Below are positions 20,937-30,437 of a stretch of DNA of 64,000 bases, piece after piece. The notes beneath the pieces are model-generated. The model was given only the letters and a program-made list of their open reading frames with translations. It searched no databases and was not told the origin of the DNA. The position numbers and the translations under genes are program-made. The stretch lies in contig CBDBCZ010000019.1 of assembly GCA_965203295.1 (NCBI GenBank), positions 2,688,001-2,752,000 of the forward strand. Direction: 5' to 3'. The DNA is from Nitrospirales bacterium (GTDB taxonomy: Bacteria; Nitrospirota; Nitrospiria; Nitrospirales; UBA8639). Position 1 is the first letter of the stretch, and every line of letters starts with the position of its first letter.

Positions 20937-22322
20937 TTAGCGCTCTATCCGTGGAGGTTTGGCAGGCCGAGCAAAGTCTCCAGAAGGCCCAAATCGACCT
21001 TCCTCTCCTAAGACTTTGTCAGGATCGGTATAAGTCAACTCTTGTAAATCTTCACCCTCTTGGTCAGTTGGAGGAACCCATCCGAGCTTCTCCAACGTCT
21101 CCAACGCAGTTTTCTTCAGAGCACTCGCTGCACTCAGTCGAGTGGAAGCGAACGCTAAAACGCGCTCACTTTCTTTATCCACTTTCGAGACATCTGGATC
21201 GTGCAAAAAAGTTACTAAAGGCTCTATGGCTGTATCCCCGATAAGAACTAAGGAGGAAGCGGTATAGTCTCGCAAGACAATATCCTTGAGAAGAAAAATC
21301 AAATCAGGGATGACCTTGGGATCACGGAAGTGGCCTAACGCGGTGGCTGCGGCCTCCTTGATCAATTGTTCTTCACTGATAATACATCCCGGTGTCGGCG
21401 TCCCCTTCTGCTGAATCCCCTTTCCCTTTAGCGCATCCAAAACTGAGGGCAAGGCCCGTGCATCACCGATCATCCCAAGAGAGGCAATGGCATGGCGTTT
21501 CACCGCACCATCCTTCATGGCTTCTATCAATCCATCGACAGCCTTGGGATCGCCAATGATGCCAAGAGCAATGGTGGCATCTTCACGCACAGCACGATCT
21601 TCATCCTTCAAAGACTGAATCAAGGCGTCAACAACCTGTTCGTCACGGACCCATGCCCGACCGATTTGATAGTCAGTCGTCATACCACCTAATGCTCGGA
21701 CTCCATGACAACGTACGACAAAGTGAGGGTCTTTCAAGGTTTCCAATAAGGCTGAAACTGAGGGTTCCCCAATATAGACCAGCGCCGTTCCCGCAGTCTC
21801 TCGAACAATCTTTGAATTGTCCTTAAAGAGCTTAATCAAGGCGGGTATCGCTTTCGGATCTCCAATTCTCCCTAGAGCTTCCGCAGCAGCGCTTTTTACT
21901 GCACCATCTCGGTCCCGGCACACCAGAATAAGGCCACCCACTGCCTGGGGATCCTTGATATGGCCAAGAGCTTTGGCTGATTGCTCTCGAACCCGCCAAC
22001 GCACATCCTTGAGACAGGTGACGAGCCGGGGAACCGCTTCTTTCTGAGTAGCCGCCATGGCCATAACCGCTTCATGTTGGACTTCCATCATGGAATCATT
22101 GAATAACGTGATGAGCCCTTCCACAGCCTTGGGACCTCCAATATTGCCCAAGGCTCGTGCAATTTGCGCTCGCACAGCCCAATACTCATCTTCCAGGACA
22201 TCGAGAAGCCGATCTAAAGTGTTTGGATCGCTCAATTCCGCGAGCGCCTTAGCCGACTCCTCGCGAGTTGCATCATCAACATCCTCAAGGGCTTCTAACC
22301 AATCTTGAACTGTCTGGGACAT
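20937..22322 (-). CDS. HEAT-repeat (PBS lyase-like) protein
   Basis: About 12 repeats, for example EDEYWAVRAQIARALG and DEDRAVREDATIALG. Confidence 0.92.
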   Translation of the reverse strand: MSQTVQDWLEALEDVDDATREESAKALAELSDPNTLDRLLDVLEDEYWAVRAQIARALGNIGGPKAVEGLITLFNDSMMEVQHEAVMAMAATQKEAVPRLVTCLKDVRWRVREQSAKALGHIKDPQAVGGLILVCRDRDGAVKSAAAEALGRIGDPKAIPALIKLFKDNSKIVRETAGTALVYIGEPSVSALLETLKDPHFVVRCHGVRALGGMTTDYQIGRAWVRDEQVVDALIQSLKDEDRAVREDATIALGIIGDPKAVDGLIEAMKDGAVKRHAIASLGMIGDARALPSVLDALKGKGIQQKGTPTPGCIISEEQLIKEAAATALGHFRDPKVIPDLIFLLKDIVLRDYTASSLVLIGDTAIEPLVTFLHDPDVSKVDKESERVLAFASTRLSAASALKKTALETLEKLGWVPPTDQEGEDLQELTYTDPDKVLGEEGRFGPSGDFARPAKPPRIER

Positions 22323-22347
22323 CCTTCAATCACCTCAAGGGAACGGA

Positions 22348-22821
22348 TTACTCGTAAGAATATTCCCGTTCTTGTTTATAGGGTTGAGTATGGCTGCACC
22401 GAATTTTCAGCTTATCAGTTCCCCGTCCATTCACACATTGGGACAATTTCGGTGAGAGATCCAAGACACCATCTAAGGTTACCCGAAAGGCAAAATCAAA
22501 CGTAAAAGTCCCGAATCGATATTCTCCAGGTTTGAGCTTCACCTCACGCATCTCAGTGGTGCGATAGGCCTCAGTACTCACAGGATCCATTGTCCAGATT
22601 AACGGCGTCACTCCAGGCACATGCCACCAGGTCGGTGGATTCAAATCCGTGGGGTCAACGGTGATCGTAAATTCGCGGTCTAACGGATTGACAGGTTCAG
22701 CTGCGAGAAGAAGGGATGAAAGAATCAGGAACAACCCCAAGCCTCCCCCAAGAACCACCAGTGGGAACAGAAAAAACGGACTGCCCTTTGTCCAAATTCT
22801 TGACACCACGTTAACTTTCAT
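22348..22821 (-). CDS. Hypothetical exported or membrane-anchored protein
   Basis: N-terminal hydrophobic segment, beta-rich body, two C-terminal Cys; overlaps the upstream gene. Confidence 0.7.
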   Translation of the reverse strand: MKVNVVSRIWTKGSPFFLFPLVVLGGGLGLFLILSSLLLAAEPVNPLDREFTITVDPTDLNPPTWWHVPGVTPLIWTMDPVSTEAYRTTEMREVKLKPGEYRFGTFTFDFAFRVTLDGVLDLSPKLSQCVNGRGTDKLKIRCSHTQPYKQEREYSYE

Positions 22822-23824
22822 TTCCGGTCGTTCGCCGTTCTGGAATCATTTGAAAAATTTCGTTGATGGCTCGACTTTCCCATTCTGTGTGAGTTTCCAA
22901 GCCCAACGCTTCCATCACTGTTGCCCCAGTGTCTATGATGGAGACCTTTCTTTTTATTGCATAACCTGGTTTCACATTGGCACCCCAGGCTAACCAGGGG
23001 ACGCCCATTCCGTTTGTTTCCTTTTTCGTACTGGACCCGTTTTTTTGTGGTGCTCCCTGTTTTCCATCATTTAATCCCGTCACCACAATCATCGTACGGT
23101 CCAATACACCAAATTCCTGATAAAGCTTCACAATATCTCCAACCGCAGTGTCAACGGCAAGAAGAGCCTTCTTGTACGCCGAAGAGTCCCAACCTCGCTT
23201 TTGACCAGCATCAGCTGGGGCAGGGAGGTGTACCAACAGAAGCCCGGGAACAGCGAATAACCTGAACCCATGCCCCCCCTCACTTGTCACCTTTTTCAAA
23301 TAATCTTTGATGTAGACCACCACTGTTTCCGGCGAACATTCTGGCTTCGCTTTTCCACACATTTGGGAGTCGACGTAAATTTCCGACCGGGAGAGCTGAT
23401 AAAACCGTTCATCCATTAAGAACAAAGCTGTATCTCTCCCCCCAGCAAGGTCAAGATAATCAAACATGGTCGGCACACGCATAAAGGACCGCGAAAAATC
23501 ATAATGTTCCCATTCCGCGTCGATGCGATGTTTGCTCACCGGAAGCCCAGTCAAGAGGGATGCCATAGCTGAAACGCTGTATGAAGGCCGAACCGTCTCG
23601 GCAGACCAGGTCACGGCTCCTTCTGTGGCCAGTTGATGAAGGACGGGCATGGTCCCAGACTGAATCGCTTGGTTTTCCACACCTTCCACAGTAATCAGAA
23701 TAACATGGTCGGCTTGGGTCGCACCGCTCGCAGGAGCAGGATTAATCGTGAAAACCGCGAGTAAGGCAGCCAAACCACAAAAATAGAAAAAGATATCCAG
23801 TCGGTATCGTGATAATTTCATCAT
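22811..23824 (-). CDS. Alkaline phosphatase superfamily (NPP-type) exported protein with a degenerate active site
   Basis: Signal peptide; HVILITVEG, MP.L..L..EG, ASLLTG....HRI, VD.AVG, GVPW..WG, IDTGAT. Confidence 0.8.
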   Translation of the reverse strand: MMKLSRYRLDIFFYFCGLAALLAVFTINPAPASGATQADHVILITVEGVENQAIQSGTMPVLHQLATEGAVTWSAETVRPSYSVSAMASLLTGLPVSKHRIDAEWEHYDFSRSFMRVPTMFDYLDLAGGRDTALFLMDERFYQLSRSEIYVDSQMCGKAKPECSPETVVVYIKDYLKKVTSEGGHGFRLFAVPGLLLVHLPAPADAGQKRGWDSSAYKKALLAVDTAVGDIVKLYQEFGVLDRTMIVVTGLNDGKQGAPQKNGSSTKKETNGMGVPWLAWGANVKPGYAIKRKVSIIDTGATVMEALGLETHTEWESRAINEIFQMIPERRTTGNES

Positions 23825-23910
23825 TTCATGTTTCTCTGTTCCTGGGGATTTACAGTGAGGTTGAGCGAATTACACTCTAAATTAGGGATAAGATTGCCAT
23901 TTGCTTGTTC

Positions 23911-23940
23911 AACTTACCATGCTGATTTTCATACGGTCAA
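23911..23940 (-). promoter_or_regulatory. Putative promoter of the AP-like / hypothetical / HEAT operon
   Basis: TTGACC-18 nt-TAAGTT with an extended TG. Confidence 0.5.
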
Positions 23941-24097
23941 CCATCTCGAGTGAGTTGGATTAGAGGGGGGACATTCCCCAGTCCATGCCTAAACAGATGT
24001 CGTGTTTGATTCCTCCTATTGCACAACGGACCTTGTTCGAGGTAAGAGACATCCGCCTTCAAATTGAGAAGGTCATTGGACCCATTCTCAGCAAAGA

Positions 24098-25387
24098 GTG
24101 CTTATGCCTCAGGAAAACAACTTTATCCATTCCAAATATTCCCGAGCCGATCCGGGATCCCGTGTCACCTATCTGACTTTGAATGCGGGACCTCCCGTGA
24201 ACTCACCCGAATGGAAAGAGAGCATGGCCCAAGCTGGAGAAATCCTGCATAAAGCTGGAGTGGCAGCCGTTCTGTTCGTGTATGGTTCGCACCTGGGGTC
24301 TGATCTGTATGGATCAGCCCGCTTGGATGAAGCTGGAGGCCTTAAGCGCGGATATTCACGTGGGATTCCCGGTCTCGAGTCCTTACTGTCGCTTCTCAAT
24401 CCAGAAGCGCATTATCCCGAAATGACAGATGAACGGCTTTGCCCTCCCTTCCAAGACCAAGACGATACCAAGACCAGTCTTGATGCCCTTGTTGGTGATA
24501 CAGCCAATATTTCAGCTGAGTATCTCATGAATTTTACCGAAGGGGTAAACCAAGCCTTGCCTCGTCCAATTCCCTGCCAACGCTATCTCTGGTCCTCTCT
24601 TCACCACCACCTGGGACGAACGGAAGGGGCATTGGCGCTCTTCGATTATCTTCAATCAATGGCAACAAACCTTTCTCTAGATTCAGGGCGGAAAATCCTC
24701 ATTTTGGCCTATGGGCATGCTGGGTTGGTTCTGGCTCTGCTATCAAATTTCCTTGCCTCAGAAGAAGCCTCGGTTCGACAAACGATTTTTGAAATTCTTG
24801 AGACGTATTATAAGGATCACCACCCTTCATCACCGGCGCTCTCTTCTCTTAACCAGTTACGGGATGTGTTAAAGAAGCAGGGGCCGAAGAACTACCCCAC
24901 TCTAGACGTAGTGACATTTGGCACACCAATTCGGTATGGCTGGGATACTGATGGAATCACGAACCTTCTTCATTGGGCGAACCACCGGCCTATACGGCAA
25001 GATAAAAAGGATTGGCTAGCCAAAATGGAATTTCCCCAGGTTGCCTGGGAACTTTCTACGGCTGTCGGTGGAGACTATGTTCAGCAACTCGCCGTGGCTG
25101 GCACCGATGCCGTTCCCTCCTCACCCCATGAACAGGAAATCAATCAAACCCTGCATGAACTCTTGGAACCCTTTGATGGTTTTGAACGATGGCTGGAATG
25201 TGCCCGAAGAGCCACTCGATGCCACAATGACGGACAGTGTCTTCTGGTAGATTTTCAAGATGCCTCACAAGATCCCCCCAACCGTCATCTCTATGGACAT
25301 GCCTGTTACACCCGCCAATCCGGAATGCTTTTTCAAATACAGGAAATCATCAAACACCTGTACAGTACTTCGCCACGAGAGGGATAA
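24098..25387 (+). CDS. Hypothetical protein with a probable alpha/beta-hydrolase fold
   Basis: Long ORF; ILILAYGHAGLV in the nucleophile-elbow position and LDVVTFGTP; start codon uncertain. Confidence 0.7.
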   Translation: MLMPQENNFIHSKYSRADPGSRVTYLTLNAGPPVNSPEWKESMAQAGEILHKAGVAAVLFVYGSHLGSDLYGSARLDEAGGLKRGYSRGIPGLESLLSLLNPEAHYPEMTDERLCPPFQDQDDTKTSLDALVGDTANISAEYLMNFTEGVNQALPRPIPCQRYLWSSLHHHLGRTEGALALFDYLQSMATNLSLDSGRKILILAYGHAGLVLALLSNFLASEEASVRQTIFEILETYYKDHHPSSPALSSLNQLRDVLKKQGPKNYPTLDVVTFGTPIRYGWDTDGITNLLHWANHRPIRQDKKDWLAKMEFPQVAWELSTAVGGDYVQQLAVAGTDAVPSSPHEQEINQTLHELLEPFDGFERWLECARRATRCHNDGQCLLVDFQDASQDPPNRHLYGHACYTRQSGMLFQIQEIIKHLYSTSPREG

Positions 25388-25530
25388 CCCTCTGCCTTGA
25401 TTGGTCATCCCTCCCAAGATATTGATTTTCATGAAAAAGTTATGGTATTTCTTATGAGTTTGCCGGGAGAGTCAGAACAGCATTACCCCGTAGTCCGTTA
25501 TTTGCAGAAACGAGAGGCCTCTTTCAATCT

Positions 25531-26709
25531 ATGATAGTCGGTGTTCCTACAGAAACGTATCCTGCAGATAAACGCGTTTCCCTAATCCCAGCGGTCGTTC
25601 CTTCTCTCACCAAAGCTGGCCTGGAAGTCCTTGTTGAAAGCGGGGCCGGGAACGAAGCTGGATATCCAGATTCCGCTTTCGTAGACAAAGGGGCCACGAT
25701 CGCGCCTTCCAGATCAAAACTCTTTGAATCTTCTGACATCATCGTTCAAGTCAGGTTCTTGGGCGCCAATCCCGAACAGGGAAAAACAGATCTTCCTCTA
25801 TGCAAACCGGGACAGGTGCTGATCGGGATAGCAGAAGCATTGACGACGCCTGAGTCCATCAAAGAGCTGAATAGCCGGCAAGTCACTTCCTTTGCCATGG
25901 AATTGATGCCCCGTATCACTCGCGCTCAAAGTATGGATGTTCTTTCTTCGATGGGGACCATCGCAGGGTATAAAGCGGTTCTTTTGGCCGCAGAGTCCCT
26001 GCCGAAAATGTTTCCGATGCTCATGACCGCGGCAGGGACAGTCACACCCGCAAAAGTGTTTGTAATTGGAGCGGGGGTAGCTGGATTGCAGGCCATTTCC
26101 ATGGCTCGCCGACTTGGAGCAAGCGTTGAAGCCTATGATTTACGGCCCGCTGTCAAAGAACAAATCCTCAGTCTAGGCGCGAAGTTTGTGGAACTCCCGA
26201 TTGAGACCACCGAGGCTGAAGATAAGGGAGGCTATGCTAAAGCTCAAGATGAAACGTTTTATCAGAAGCAGGGTGAAATGATGGCGAAAGTCGTTGCATC
26301 GAGTGATGTCGTCATATCCACGGCTGCCATTCCTGGGAAGAAAGCTCCTATCTTGGTGACCGGTGACATGGTGGAAAAAATGGCACCGGGGTCGGTCATC
26401 ATCGACCTTGCGGCTGAACGGGGCGGAAATTGTGAACTCACCAAAGTGAACCAGACGATCGTGGCTCATGGAGTCACCATCAAGGGTCCAGAAAACTTGG
26501 CGGCGACGGTCCCCTATCACGCAAGCCAGATGTACGCAAAAAATATTGCCACATTCCTGACACACCTCGTGAAAAAAGGTGAAATGAAACTTGATATGAC
26601 AGAGGAGATCACCCGCGAAACAATGTTGACGCGCGAGGGGAAAATCATGAATCCCCGGATACGGGAACTGTTAAGTATGCCTCCCTTACCATCGACTCAG
26701 GAGGGTTAA
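25531..26709 (+). CDS. pntA: NAD(P) transhydrogenase subunit alpha, part 1
   Basis: PRITRAQSMDVLSS, IGAGVAGLQA, GGYAK, DLAAERGGNCE. Confidence 0.96.
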   Translation: MIVGVPTETYPADKRVSLIPAVVPSLTKAGLEVLVESGAGNEAGYPDSAFVDKGATIAPSRSKLFESSDIIVQVRFLGANPEQGKTDLPLCKPGQVLIGIAEALTTPESIKELNSRQVTSFAMELMPRITRAQSMDVLSSMGTIAGYKAVLLAAESLPKMFPMLMTAAGTVTPAKVFVIGAGVAGLQAISMARRLGASVEAYDLRPAVKEQILSLGAKFVELPIETTEAEDKGGYAKAQDETFYQKQGEMMAKVVASSDVVISTAAIPGKKAPILVTGDMVEKMAPGSVIIDLAAERGGNCELTKVNQTIVAHGVTIKGPENLAATVPYHASQMYAKNIATFLTHLVKKGEMKLDMTEEITRETMLTREGKIMNPRIRELLSMPPLPSTQEG

Positions 26710-26714
26710 GGAAA

Positions 26715-26996
26715 ATGGAATTACTCGTCTCGGGCATCACGATTTTCGCACTAGCCATTTTTGTGGGATTTGAAATCATCACCAAAATTCCCCCCACGCT
26801 CCATACTCCCCTCATGTCGGGATCCAATGCCATTTCGGGAATTACCTTGGTCGGGGCAGTCCTCTCAGCCGGGGCGCAGCAAACCATGATCACGACCATT
26901 CTGGGTTTGTTAGCCGTGGTGTTTGCCACGATTAATGTTGTGGGGGGATTTATGGTCACCAATAGAATGTTAGAGATGTTTAAGAAAAAGACCTAA
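26715..26996 (+). CDS. pntA: NAD(P) transhydrogenase subunit alpha, part 2
   Basis: LHTPLMSGSNAISG, NVVGGF.VT.RML.MF. Confidence 0.96.
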   Translation: MELLVSGITIFALAIFVGFEIITKIPPTLHTPLMSGSNAISGITLVGAVLSAGAQQTMITTILGLLAVVFATINVVGGFMVTNRMLEMFKKKT

Positions 26997-26999
26997 CTC

Positions 27000-28388
27000 A
27001 TGGGTAACTTTGTCATAAATTTTGGATATCTCATTGCCTCAGTCCTGTTTATTTTAGGACTGAAGGGCCTCACACATCCTCGTACTGCCGTTCGGGGTAA
27101 CCTCCTCGGCGCTTGTGGCATGCTCCTGGCCGTCGTCATTACTCTCGCTAACCAGAATATCGTGAGTTATGAGGTCATTATCGCAGGGATCATCCTAGGC
27201 GGAGCCATTGGTGCCACACTGGCTATCAGAATTAAAATGACTTCCATGCCGGAGCTGGTGGCACTCTTTAATGGGTTTGGGGGAATCGCTTCGGTATTGG
27301 TTGCTGGTGCGGCTCTGATGGAAGTCACGTTGGTCTCCGATACTCCTCTTCTGCAAGTCACCATTGCCATCGCCGCTTCGGCAATGATTGGAGCGGTCAC
27401 ATTTTGGGGAAGTTTAGTGGCATTTGGAAAACTGCAAGGCCTGATCAATGAAAATGCACTTCTATTTTCAGGGCAACAGATTATCAATAGTTTCCTGGCT
27501 CTTGTGGCTCTCGGCTTGGGTGTTGGAGTGGTGATGGATCCCTCCAACTATTTACTCTACTGGGCCTTGGTAGGTGTTGCCTCGATTCTTGGAGCCCTGT
27601 TGGTGATTCCGATTGGAGGGGCAGACATGCCTGTCGTTGTGGCCCTGTTGAACTCCTATTCTGGATTAGCCGCGGCAGCGACAGGATTTGTTCTCACCAA
27701 TAATGTATTGATCATCACCGGATCCCTGGTAGGTGCCTCGGGGATTATCCTTACACGGATTATGTGTAAGGCCATGAACCGTTCATTGACGAATGTCTTA
27801 TTTGGCGTTCTTGCACCGACCGGAGGAAGTGCGACTGATGACGAGGTCTATACGGGTCGGGTCAAATCAGCGAGTCCTGAGGAGGTGGCGTTACTGTTTG
27901 ACGCAGTAAGACGCGTCGCCATTGTCCCAGGTTATGGAATGGCAGTCTCCCAAGCCCAACATCCTGTCGCCAGTCTAGCTGCCCTTTTACAAGAACGAGG
28001 AATCGAAGTGGAATACGCTGTTCATCCTGTGGCAGGTCGTATGCCTGGTCATATGAACGTTCTTCTCGCCGAAGCGGATGTCCCCTATGAATCCCTCAAG
28101 TCCATGGAAGATATTAATCCCTCTATCGACCAAGTCGACGTTGCCCTGGTGATCGGAGCCAATGACGTCGTCAACCCCCTGGCCAGGACCGATCCTTCCA
28201 GCCCCATTGCTGGGATGCCGATCATTGATGTCGATAAAGCCAAGACCGTCGTGATTATCAAAAGAAGTCTCAGTCCTGGTTTCGCTGGTATTCCTAACCC
28301 CTTATTTGCCCTAGACAACGCTCTGATGCTTTTTGGAGATGGGAAGAAAATGGTTTTGGATATAACCAGCGCCCTGAAAGATTCCTAA
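27000..28388 (+). CDS. pntB: NAD(P) transhydrogenase subunit beta
   Basis: IGGADMPVV..LNSYSG, MCKAMNRS, HPVAGRMPGHMNVLLAEA. Confidence 0.97.
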   Translation: MGNFVINFGYLIASVLFILGLKGLTHPRTAVRGNLLGACGMLLAVVITLANQNIVSYEVIIAGIILGGAIGATLAIRIKMTSMPELVALFNGFGGIASVLVAGAALMEVTLVSDTPLLQVTIAIAASAMIGAVTFWGSLVAFGKLQGLINENALLFSGQQIINSFLALVALGLGVGVVMDPSNYLLYWALVGVASILGALLVIPIGGADMPVVVALLNSYSGLAAAATGFVLTNNVLIITGSLVGASGIILTRIMCKAMNRSLTNVLFGVLAPTGGSATDDEVYTGRVKSASPEEVALLFDAVRRVAIVPGYGMAVSQAQHPVASLAALLQERGIEVEYAVHPVAGRMPGHMNVLLAEADVPYESLKSMEDINPSIDQVDVALVIGANDVVNPLARTDPSSPIAGMPIIDVDKAKTVVIIKRSLSPGFAGIPNPLFALDNALMLFGDGKKMVLDITSALKDS

Positions 28389-28669
28389 TTCGCTTCATCT
28401 TGATCGTTTTTCTCGCTTCGATTATCACGCAACCCTGTCACCCAGTAAGTGCTTCAAAACCCTCCCATCATTCTTCATTAGAAGCCGTACGACTTACGAG
28501 AAGATCCTTACGAAAATATATTCATAAATTATTGATAAATAAGAGAAATTTAACCTCTTATGCGCAAATTCATGCCTTGTGAAAGGAGAAGGCTTATGAT
28601 ATAGTAAAAGACTGTCATTTGATTCGTCTTATTCAATAAGATAGTCGAAAGAGGGAATTTTAAAATTTT

Positions 28670-28861
28670 ATGGAAATAAAGGTCGTCAATAATAATGTCG
28701 AAAAGGCATTACGAATTGCGAAGAAAAAGCTTGCAGCAGATGGGTTATTTCGTGAATTAAAAGCTCGCCGATTTTACCAAAAACCGAGTGTAAAAAAGAA
28801 AGCCAAAGAGCGAGAAGCCGCAAGACGACGGCAAAAATGGCTTACCAAACGTACCTACTAA
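28670..28861 (+). CDS. rpsU: 30S ribosomal protein S21
   Basis: IKV..NNVEKALR..KKK...ELK.RRFYQKPS. Confidence 0.95.
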   Translation: MEIKVVNNNVEKALRIAKKKLAADGLFRELKARRFYQKPSVKKKAKEREAARRRQKWLTKRTY

Positions 28862-28912
28862 CGCTTCATCTCACCCTTCTCAGTAACACAGAACTAAAAA
28901 TGTGAATTCGGA

Positions 28913-29569
28913 ATGAAAGATTCAGAAATTCACCACGTTCATCGCCTGGTTAAGAAAGCCATTGTCCAGTGGCGGGAACCTGTTGTCGGAATTATTGCAC
29001 AAGAATCGCGTGATCCTTTTCGAATTCTTATTGCCTGTGTTTTAAGTCTCAGGACCAAAGACAGAACAACGGCTGAGGCTGCAGAACGGTTATTCAAACG
29101 CGCCGATAATCCCACCTCTGTATTAAAGATTCCCCGTCGTCAATTAGAAAACACCATCTACCCTGTAGGGTTTTATCGGAACAAGGCCAAACAAATTCAC
29201 CAAATTTGTCAATCCATTCTTCAGAACTTTGCCGGGAAAGTTCCCGGTACTATTGAAGAACTCTTAACACTCAATGGCGTGGGGAGAAAGACCGCTAATC
29301 TTGTTGTGACGGTTGGATATAACAAGCCTGGAATTTGTGTGGACATTCATGTCTACCGGATTTGTAACAGGTGGGGATATGTCAAAACCACACGTCCTGA
29401 CCAGACAGAAGAAATGCTTCGAAACAAACTCCCGCGTCGTTATTGGATTACCTTTAACGATCTGTTAGTTCCATTCGGACAAAATCTCTGTCGCCCAATT
29501 TCGCCCTATTGTAGTCAGTGCCCCGTCGCTCGATATTGTGCCAAGGTAGGAGTTCAAACGTCTCGTTAG
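28913..29569 (+). CDS. nth: Endonuclease III
   Basis: HhH GVGRKTANLV, VDIHV, C-X6-C-X2-C-X5-C iron-sulfur motif. Confidence 0.95.
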   Translation: MKDSEIHHVHRLVKKAIVQWREPVVGIIAQESRDPFRILIACVLSLRTKDRTTAEAAERLFKRADNPTSVLKIPRRQLENTIYPVGFYRNKAKQIHQICQSILQNFAGKVPGTIEELLTLNGVGRKTANLVVTVGYNKPGICVDIHVYRICNRWGYVKTTRPDQTEEMLRNKLPRRYWITFNDLLVPFGQNLCRPISPYCSQCPVARYCAKVGVQTSR

Positions 29570-29624
29570 GTTGTCTGTACTATTGACTGGTAGGATTCCA
29601 ATAGTTTGTCCCTCTTCACAGTTT

Positions 29625-29826
29625 TTGCCGTCTTGAGCGCGGCTGAGCCACTGTCCCGAATCGACTTCTCGGCGAGGGCTATTTCAGCGCAGCGAGTTCC
29701 CGAGCCATCTTGATTTAGGACAATGGCGAAGAGACCTCAAAGAGGCCGCGCACGGGCGGAATGGTTGTGGGTCCTTTTACCGAAACAAAAAGACCTCGTC
29801 AGCGGAGGCGATACCCCGCTCAAAAA
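29625..29826 (-). repeat. Repeat family B, diverged copy
   Basis: Reverse complement reads TTTGAGCGGGGTATCGCC..GACGAGGTCTTTTTGTTTCGGTAAAAGGACCC..AACTCGCTGCGCT..CTCAGCCGCGCTCAAGACGG. Confidence 0.8.
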
Positions 29827-29904
29827 TCATAACCATGAATATGGCAAGAAGTCCTAAAGCTCCGCGCCAGAGAGAAAGGAAAAAGGAAAGACGAAGGAGG
29901 GCGG

Positions 29905-30324
29905 TTAGATAAACAAGGTGGTTTCAGCCCCAGAGGCCATGAAAAGAATAGCCGGTAATCCCATCACCTCATCAACCTGTCTCGCCACAGCGTCCGCATC
30001 CACACCCATATACTCTAACCCAGCGCTACAGGCGACCAAACGAAACTGCCCAACCATTCTGGCTTCTTGAAACATTTCGGAAATCAGAGGAACCTTGCGC
30101 TCCTTCAGGAGCCGTCCCACCTCCTCACTGGAACTGCTATACTCTGGTGGAAAATCCACGGTGTTAATTTTCCCCTCTGCTAACTTTTTTATCGTCCAAA
30201 ACAATAACACCACAGTCACATCTTTCCCCATGGCTGCCGCGGTTAAGCCCAAAGTTGCCACCTGGTGAAGTTTATCGTAGGTGGCATTGTGTGAGTAAAT
30301 GATGAAGCGGGGTTGCTGGCTCAC
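29905..30324 (-). CDS. DsrE/DsrF/DrsH-like (DsrE2) protein
   Basis: TAAAMG.DV....FW, LVACS..LE.MG, ending TLFI. Confidence 0.8.
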   Translation of the reverse strand: MSQQPRFIIYSHNATYDKLHQVATLGLTAAAMGKDVTVVLLFWTIKKLAEGKINTVDFPPEYSSSSEEVGRLLKERKVPLISEMFQEARMVGQFRLVACSAGLEYMGVDADAVARQVDEVMGLPAILFMASGAETTLFI

Positions 30325-30437
30325 GGAAACCTAATAAGGGAAGAATCGTTATTGGTTCTCGTTTGACGTGGAGGATCTCACCTGTTGCCTAGACGAACAA
30401 AAAAGCGACGCAATTGAGGCCACAAACCGATACGATC

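Noticed and set aside
25531..26996. Split pntA as a pseudogene
   Set aside because: The alpha1/alpha2 split is a normal arrangement, and part 2 has its own RBS and start.
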